Assembly: GCA_050084515.1 (NCBI GenBank)
Contig: CM114271.1
Span: forward strand, 46,066,001 to 46,130,000
Length of the DNA: 64,000 bases
Source of the DNA: Blasia pusilla
Taxonomy: Eukaryota
Direction: 5' to 3'
Position 1 is the stretch's first letter. Each line of letters opens with the position of its first letter. The position numbers and the translations under genes were made by a program. Shown piece by piece: positions 55,601 to 64,000 of this stretch. The notes beneath the pieces are model-generated. The model did no database searches. It saw nothing but the letters and a program-made list of their open reading frames with translations, and was not told the origin of the DNA.

Positions 55601-58600
55601 TGCACTCTTGGACTAAGTGTCAAGTCAATATGACACAATAGTAAAAGTGCATTGAAAAATCATTTAATGTTCATAATGAGGGTAAAAATTTGCTATAGTA
55701 CATGAGAGTCTGAACAAATGATGTAGGATTGATGCTCAATATTAGCACTTGATGAGCGTAGGAGTACGTTAGCCTTTCCTCTTCCAAACCCCATTTATAT
55801 TGATATATTTGAGGAAATGCATATGGGAAGAAAGATGAGGATTGATAGAATGGTTCTTACTGACGTATCAATTAGATCATTCGTCACTTGAAACACTTGG
55901 TCTCGTGCATGGAAAAGGGTATATACATCTTTCATATGCTTGATGGTGAGGTATTCCCATCTTGTGTGTGTTGACACGTGACATCCAAACCATGTATTAA
56001 GACATGAATCATGAAAGGATAGTCCAAGAAGTCTAGAATGCACACCATGAAAAATAGGGATGCATACTTACAAAAGAGGAAGTTTTGACTCATTCGGCCT
56101 TGATCACAAACAATGCAAGGAATCAATATTTTCTTCATTTTTGATAAAAATCATCCCACTATTCCAAAAATCCCTTGGCCAACCACTTAAGTGAGTGTTG
56201 CATGTGATTCTTCATTTGTTGCATCAGAGTTGAAGGGAATTTTGATTTACAAGGAAAAAACCTAAGTTCTTGTGATGGGTCATGTCAAATAAAGGTTGAT
56301 GGAGAAAAGATAAAGAAGTTTGGAGATCAAAAAAATTGGCGAGAGCAATGGGTCAAACGTTTCATACTCATCTGAAATTTGAAATCGAACATAAGATATA
56401 GTATCACAAAAGTAAGAATGTGGATTATTAAGATTACTTGGAAATAAAATATCCAAGACACAAAGCTCGACTTTTTGAATCGCACAGATAAGAAATATTT
56501 CGTAAGTAAGATTGAGAAGTTTATTTCAATTTGTGAGTAACAAAATCCTCAAAGCCAATATTCCCACTTAAGGATAAAAAATAAACACAAGTTTGTTGGA
56601 ATAACATTGTAATACGATCATTAGAAAATCTTTGATGCCTAAAGATATATAACCATGCAAGATCTTACAAATAAAATACTATCCTTTTACTAGTATGAAA
56701 AGAAGAGTCACAATATACAACCCCTAGTTAAAGGTATCAAAACTAGTGTGAAGATGTTATAATGGGGACGTGGAAGAGCACAACAAGGTATAGATCAATC
56801 TCCTCCATTATATAAAAGGTTGATATATGTTGCAATTTTAGATTTTGATATAGATAGAATAAGGAGAGTCGTCTTCTAATATTGTGGAAGGTGCCTATCT
56901 ATGGGAGCAGACACTTAGAAGAATAGAAGAAGAAGTGATTTCTTGTCCATGAGAAACCTACTTGGCTTATGGAACCTTCCACATACGTGATCTTGACATC
57001 GCATCCAACAAACACCTTCACATTTAGATTTCAAACATTTATATTTGGAGTTCCCACATATATGAAAGGCACAAGGTGCAATCTCTCGAACATGGACCAT
57101 CCACGTTCTATATTGCTGTATGGTCGAGACCGCCCTCCATTGTCCAAGGGGAGAGTTGATCAAGGGACCTGTCATAACTTTTTAGGATAGATTGGAGAGA
57201 TCTGGTAGAGTGACTTTGCGAGTAGAGGAGGACAAGCTCAAGAGGTCTAGGATGACCTGTTGAGGTCATGGGAAACTTGAGAGAGCAAGTTTTCCCTTTG
57301 TTTCGGCTTCATTTGGAACCATATAGACAAACTTACTATTTTGGGTAAGTTTCTATGTTTGGTATAGTTAACTTTCCACTTTTGGAAGTGGCCCTTGACC
57401 CACTACAACAGGTCAAGAGCCAAGGAGGTGACCTGCGAGTGTAGGTTACGGAGGAGAGAGCTTGGGAGAGGGAAGGGGGTACACCTCAAGGAGAGAGAGC
57501 TTGAGAGCTCATTCTCTCTTTGTTGAACTTCTTGGCATGAGGCGGAAGAGCTATGGTCTTGCTTGCCTTGTGAGTGTAATCCAAGCCTCTCATTAGGAGA
57601 GTGGTTTTGGGTTGACATTGAGAGAGACATGTGAGAGTGCACACATTTGAGAGTAATGGTGTTGAGAGAAATTGGATCTACTTGATTTACAAAGAGAGAA
57701 TGAGTGAGTGAGAGAGCTTCATGGGGGAGCTCGATGGCCACTCGCTGGTTTTTCAGGTTGGGGATCGTATACCGCGTTCAGCGGTTCATGGGAGTGCTAA
57801 CCGGAGCAAGAGACGCTTAATTTTGATGTTTCTTTTGCCGATTTTTCGTGTGGAAGAGTGGAGCACGGAAGCGCTGCCCAAATTTTTATAGGGATTGAGT
57901 ATGGGGGTGGGTTGCCCCATGCCGGTGCTCTCAAGAGCACCGTGTAGCTTGCTAATTTGTATTTTCACAAGTTTTAGATTTTTGTTAGAAGGAATCAGCG
58001 TGGAAGCGCTGTCAAATTTTGCATAGGAGAAAGAGACGTTGGGTTGCACAACAGTCCCCCTCAGTTTTTGGTGGAAAAGAAAATGGAAAAAGGGTCATAG
58101 ATCGGAAAGTGGTGTACGCTGCTGAAGAAACAATGCACAATTTGGAGATTGGAGCACGGAGTTATGATCATTTTTGTTGGGCTGCCATATCCACCGTTCC
58201 AAGGTGTGAGTGAAATTTCGAAATTTTTGGGTAGAAATTCTCTCTTGAGAGGTAGAAAAAAATTCAATTTACTTGGTGGATAGTTCAATTGAATTCAGCT
58301 ATTTGGAGGTAGGGTGAGTAGATCCCATTTTAGGGGGGTGTTGACCCTCAATCTTAGGAGGGATTTGTGGTAAGGTATTCAATTTGCAGACTTGTCAAGA
58401 GGGGGTTGTCAAGTAAGGAAAGATAGTGGAGATCCAATTTTCCCGGGGGTTCTTCTAAAATTAAATTAAATTATGGCGGGGGACAACAACTGTCCTACCA
58501 CGTCCTAGCTGACTATCTCGGAGACGCGCAAACCGGTTGTGCACTTGCTACCGCCGTTGTATGTTCTGTGGTCCGTTGACGCTTCAGGGCCGCTATCCGG

Positions 58601-61590
58601 TTGTCAGACCTCCTAATGTCGAAACAATATTGAGCCGTCGTGCAGCCGTGTGCAGCTCTGTCTGACCCTATGTTACTACCGCCCGTAGAGCCGGGCATTT
58701 GAATCTCTGTCTCAGACCGCCGCGACTGCCTGTGTTCGCAGCCGGCCGTTTGCATTTTTGGATTGATGGGGTGGTAGTGTTTTTTCCGCTTTGTTATGCC
58801 GTGATTTGTAGCCGTTCGAGGAAAATGGAGTATCGTGCCGTGACGCCCCTAGCCACAATGGGCCGTCGATTGCCACGCCGAGCCACTTGTGGCTGCACCA
58901 CACCGTCTTGATCGCCGAGCCGCACCATCACTGAAGAGCAGAGTGTGTATTGCTGTTGAGGAGGGTATGCGCTGAGAGCCGCACCCTATTATCGAGTGCC
59001 GTGCTGTTTGTAACCATTCGAGTCGCGAGTGGCGCACCGTACCGCTCGACCCGCACCGCACATCAAGGAGATTTGAGCATCGTCAGTACCAAAGGAGTAC
59101 GATTTGCTGCTTGGAGGAGTTGTCTTCACGACCGAGTTGGGGTCAAGGTTTTTTAGTTGCTGAGGCGTGACATCGACACTTATTGTTATGTTACCCATTC
59201 TGGTCTTTTGCCCTGCACGTGTTAGGGATTTTCGGGTATTGGGCAGTTATTTGGGATATTGGGTTTCGTGCTGATGTTGAGAGCATCATTGATGTATTGG
59301 TTAGGGGATATAGACCTGTGTTGGACATCGAGAATTGAGGGTGTGTCCTATCAATAAGATGATAGGACAGTAGACGATTTTCCGCACCACCCCGCTTGTT
59401 GCCGCACAATACACGTCTCAGTGAGAGAGTGTAGATTGAGTGCCGCATGTTGGATTGAGTGATTGAATGATTACTCGCGAGATTGGGAGTGATCGTATGA
59501 GAGGGGCACAAGAGTCATCATGGCGTTCTTTTGGGACTTTGAGAGGCGAGGTGGTGGATCTTAGAGTAGCTCTAGAGGGTTTACCCGGAGTGGTGCGAGG
59601 TTTTGAGAGTCTCCATGTGAGAAACCACCTCGATCTCCAGCTGTGTCGTCTTCAGACAAGGGGGAGAGTGTAGAGGAGTGTGCTAGTGATCCACCACACA
59701 CATTGAGTGGTCCTACCAGTTGGGTGTACGAGATGGATGACCGGGATAGAAGACCGCGTAGGTTTTCGAGTGCTATAGGCACTATAGATTTAGACCATTT
59801 CATTGCGGATTTTAGGAGTTGGTGTGACTCACAACAGGCTAGGAACTCAAGAGAGTTCAACCCATTTACAACATGGAATGGAATGTTCTAACATTTAGAG
59901 GGGGCATCCATGGACGATTACCATGAGTTCTCGTAGAGATATGCTCATGAGATTGAGGCCTGGAGACTCTACTATGACCCACACTATGTGTCATGGACTG
60001 ATCCGTTTCCAGATGAGGAGAAGGAGTAAGGAGAGGGTTCCTCCACCAGTGATGTTGTAGGAGGGATGACTCGCACTAGAGCAATTACATCGTCCAGTCG
60101 AGTTCGTCCTAGTTTCAACCCCCTTGGTTGAGTTCTTCACTGAGTTGAGGGCGAGTTACGAGGGGGTACGGACGGAGAGGTTACGGAGCATCCATGACTT
60201 CCAGAGGCGTCCGGGTGAGAGTTTGCGTGAGGCCTACACTCGCTTGCGCCGGTTGATTAACGTCACTCAGGGGGTGACAGAGGCTCAAGCTCTCCAGTCA
60301 TGGTACACGATGCTGGACAAGACCCTACGAACACGGGAACGGGAAGGGGTGCTTCTTATGAACACCTCCCCTACGTTGAGAGATGTTTTTAGGACTGCCG
60401 AGAACATTGAGTGCAACATGGCGGAGGGGACCGTAGCCACCATGGGTTGTGGGCAAGAGCAGTCACAATTGTGTGCACCACCAATGCAACAACATGGATT
60501 CCGAGATAGGTCTGTGGCACCACGAGCCCAGGGAGGATACCAGGAGGCCGTGCCATAGAGACCTGTGCCTTCATATGTAGCTCAACAACAGCCGCCTACT
60601 ATTACTTGTTGGTCATGTTGTGGAGCCCATCATCAACGCGATTGCATTCGTCAGGGTCATGGACGCGTGCCTCAGCATGGAGGAGGAGATGGTGTTGCAC
60701 TAGGAGGTTATTAGTGTGACTATTGTCAGAGGTACGATCATAAATGCGCCAAGTGTTTCAGCTTGTACCCTGAGTTACGTTCGGACTGAGGGCTAGAGAG
60801 GGCACCAAAGCAAATTTCCAGTCGGGGTGGGCCTAGAGGTCGTGCACCAGGTGGTCTCGTTGGGGGATGAGGAGTTGGATTTGCCCGAGGGGATGGTGGA
60901 GTTGCCCATGGAGGAGGTAGAGTCCCACCACCTAGACCCGTCAAGGGAGATGCCGGGCGTGAGGTTGGGATGGCTGCTAAGATCTTGCAGCTACAACAAC
61001 AGATTGCCCCTATGGCATTGAGGTTACCCGATGCCGGATCTGTGGCATCGACATCTTATGGAGCCGTTAGACGTATGGAGGATCTTGGTTGGATGTGCGA
61101 GGTTGCCCAGATGGAGGCCACCGCAATTGTTACCGTGGAGCAATCGTAGAGTTGGATCTAGAGCGAGGGGAAGCCATAAAACAAACCAGGCTTCCTCAAT
61201 CCTTCACGTTGTCCGAGGCAATGAGGACCCCATCGATGGGTCCTGATCAGAGTTCTCAGAGACTTGGTGATGTGTTGGTGTGCAGGCACATAGGGCGATG
61301 GAAGAAGCAAGTGCGATGACTCCTATTCCTGATGCTCATGAGGAACATGTGTCGAGCACGTTGTTGGGGGCGGCCATCGTTGTGTCCCGCGCTCTTTTAT
61401 TTTTTGCTTCCGATGTTATGACGTTGGGAGGTACGCCCGCCGAGGTTTTCCGGCCGGCCGCTATGCTGTGTGAGCATGGAGTTGGAGTTCCTACATCATG
61501 TTCAGAGGTGATTGCAGAGGAGGTGATGGAGCTTGGAGCTTATGCTCAAGTCGTCCACGTCAGATTCATGGCAGGCTACGGCTAGTAGGA

Positions 61591-62199
61591 TGGCAAAGCC
61601 CGAAGCCCAAAGCATTACGGAGACTTGTAGACCAAATGGCTCTACGGGTCAGCCACTTTATCCAAGAGGGCCCTGCCAATAGTACGGGACTCTGGTGGTA
61701 TAACCCGATCGGCAACATAAGTAGTAAGTAGGTGACTCAGCCCAGGACATGAAAAAAAAGCCTTCTTTGGTAAAGCCAAAGCAATTTTCCTCGAGTTTTC
61801 AAGGCCCCTTAACAACAGTCAAAACCTCACCCAAAGATAACGTTGAAAAAAATCCGTCGACCGTAGCCGACACAACTAAAACCCTATGAATTGAAATTCC
61901 ATTCAAAATTTAGATTTTTCGTTCTGTTCGAGAGTTTCGAGTTTCTTCAAAATTTCGCGTGCGGCTCTTGACGGCCCCGTATTCCACTGCCCACCTACTT
62001 CTCTTATGCTTGCAATAGGGCCAAATGGATAAGCCTTATCCATTATTGATAATATTAATATAAAAATATTATTATTATTTCCTGATATCTCCGTCACATT
62101 TGCGATAATTTGTCACCGTTGCGCATTTCGGTCCCCGGGAACTAGCCTCTCTGGCCGTTCAGTTTCTTTTTCTATGAAGTCAAGGTCGAAGGAGCTCTA
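61591..62199. mobile_element. ~610-bp nested insertion, possibly an unrelated solo LTR, with 5-bp TSD TAGGA
   Basis: Composition differs from the flanking gag/pol. TAGGA at 61586-61590 and 62200-62204. Ends are TG...TA rather than TG...CA. Internal AT-rich TATA-like block. Confidence 0.5.
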
Positions 62200-63152
62200 T
62201 AGGATCCCCAGGTACGGTTTGTAGAGCTGTATCCTAGATCTTGAGCCCCATTGACATAACTATGGGTGACCTAACAATCATAGCATAAATATCTACGATG
62301 GGATAAGCAAAGATGCCCGCTACACCCGCGATAGAGCGTGCCATGGCTTCGCTTGGTGTTGTGTTGCTGGAAAACGGGGGAGAGGTCTTCCACTTGGTGA
62401 GTCCACGAGGTAGGGGTTTTAGTCCGCAACGCGTCTTGTTGGATTAAGGAACGCAACCCCTGATGTTGGGGAAAGCGGTTTCAGAGGATTGGGCTTGACG
62501 AGAGCCAATATGGAGCGTTGTCCATCTTGGATACATACATCCTTGGATGGAGCGAGTACCACACAATATATCACATGAGAGGAGGTCATGGTGAGGATTC
62601 GGCTAGGACATGCTACAGATGAGTCAGTGGTACAAGCCAAGGCGATAGTGACTCATGCAGAGTCCTACGACGTCTTTGTTGGTGGAGCAGTGTTTGTACC
62701 CGATGGGGTTTTCATTGGATTACTGGGATGAGGCAGCGTCCTATAGACCAGTATGGCAGTCCGGTGATGGACGTCTTTGTTCATTACCAGTTTGATTCAC
62801 ATGTGCTGTGATCGAGCAACGGCCAGGAGAGCTGACGACCTTAGCAGCATTTAGCAGCGCCATCACTTGGCCTAGTGATTCGATTGAGGGACATGTTCAT
62901 GCAGAGGATACTCCCATTCTTGACATTTCTATGGAGAGGAGTGTCATGGTCGCTACATCATTCCATGGAGGAGAGGTGCCGCTTTGGGGTCCGATTGAGG
63001 AGCTTCAACGCTTAGCCACTGAGCATGTGCAGACCGCGTGGAGCGAGACGTTTGCACGAGAGCGTGACGGGTCAGAGGAACCCGAGGTAGCCGAGAGTGC
63101 TATGATGACGCCCTTGGATACCACACCCATTATGTGGTGCGTTCCAGAGGAG

Positions 63153-64000
63153 GATATTCGTGTGCTTGATCTCTTTGGCGGGATTAGCACTAGTGTAGCT
63201 ACTGTTTTGCAGGCTGGAGTACGCGTGCAACAATACATATATGTGGAGATTGATGATGTTGCAAGGCGCGCTGCACTTCACCATGTGGCATTTTTTTTTC
63301 CCGACTTTTTGTTTGCGTCCACTTTCCAAGGATACCAAAGTTCCCTACCAAGGGATATTGCATTGTTGGGGGCGTAGGACTTGGAGCGGGTAGAGACCGT
63401 AGACTTGGTCATTGCTCGTTGGCCGTGTCAGGGCCAATCGAGTGTTGGACAAGGTAGTAGGTTAGCTGACACTTGGTCTAGGTTATTTTGGGAAATGATG
63501 CGGATTTTACGACACTTGCAGGAGCATTGGTCCCGTTCTCCAACATATATTATGGAGAATGTGCCGATCTTGGGAGATTCAAGGTCACGGGTGGTGACGA
63601 GTGCACATCAGGTGCATGCATGGATCAACTCAGCAATATTTTTGGATGTGGCAAGTGTAGATTCTAGAGCACACCGCTCGCGTCTTTGGTGGACCAACTT
63701 GGTGCCACACGAGGTATTGCGGAGGGCATATCCGCGGGTGGAGCGCCCCTCCTAGTTGTTGGTGGATTCCATATTAGATCCCGTCCGTTGATCACAGGCA
63801 GTGAGGCACCATGATCGATCTTTGTTGACTGTGGTCAATAGGATTGGCATGCCACGGGCAAACTTCCCCATGTTGTGAGTTTTCCCGCTTCCTATACATT
63901 CAAGGAGGTTGCGTTTGGCTTGGTTTGGGATTACCAGGTAGAGCAATTGGTGGAGCCCAATGCCGATGAGCAAGAGCAAGTGATGGGATTCCCCACAGAA
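63153..64000 (+). pseudogene. C5 DNA cytosine methyltransferase domain (DNMT3-like) inside the retrotransposon pol
   Basis: Ordered motifs: I (DIRVLDLFGGI), II (YIYVEID), IV (DLVIARWPCQ, Cys codon 63426), VI (YIMENV 63555), VIII (RAHRSRLWWTNL), IX (EPNADEQEQVMGFP at the window end). In-frame stops at 63375, 63753 and 63789 and a frameshift near 63880. Confidence 0.93.

Larger units (their letters stand above)
57170..64000 (+). mobile_element. Best-preserved DNMT-carrying Ty3/gypsy element (copy 1, family B), running off the window end
   Basis: Repeat A 57170-57688 starting TGTCA; self-priming PBS 57689-57704; long 5' UTR. Gag ~59450-61580 (FQRRPGESLREAYTRL; knuckles CWSCCGAHHQRDC and CDYCQRYDHKCAKC; RGG-rich). 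Protease VLLD*GTQPLMLGK at 62433. DNMT from 63153. Confidence 0.9.

Noticed and set aside
61876-61886. CTAAAACCCTA as a telomerase RNA template
   Set aside because: A single short telobox-like motif with no recognisable Pol III promoter or other telomerase RNA elements.
61582-62199. Helitron interpretation of the insert
   Set aside because: CTAG is present but there is no subterminal hairpin or A^T target, and a direct duplication flanks the insert.
62808-64000. Host DNMT3/DRM gene or bacterial restriction-modification methylase
   Set aside because: Intronless, directly downstream of gag-protease, and repeated in the same position in other retroelement copies.

Overview
Eukaryotic nuclear DNA from a land plant. 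A bryophyte or other non-seed plant is my inference, not proven. Two spliced host genes are supported: a TCHQD-class glutathione transferase (- strand, 10232-15479) and a plastid MraY peptidoglycan translocase (+ strand, about 43819-48295). Most of 23.7-40.8 kb and 52.3-64 kb is nested, decayed retroelements. The main discovery is one Ty3/gypsy lineage seen in at least five partial copies. Pieced together, they give the order gag - protease - C5 DNA cytosine methyltransferase (DNMT3-like) - RT - RNase H - DDE integrase - PHD finger. The lineage has a Tf1-like self-priming PBS with compensatory changes between two subfamilies and makes 4-bp TSDs. In the one copy with both ends (23902-30853) the termini are not two LTRs. 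They are split direct repeats: A1-PBS-internal-PPT-B1-(AC)-A2-B2. This is the product expected if the linear cDNA circularised and integrase cut at an internal CA-AC-TG junction. All copies here are inactivated. Alignments were done by eye and coordinates of decayed copies are approximate.
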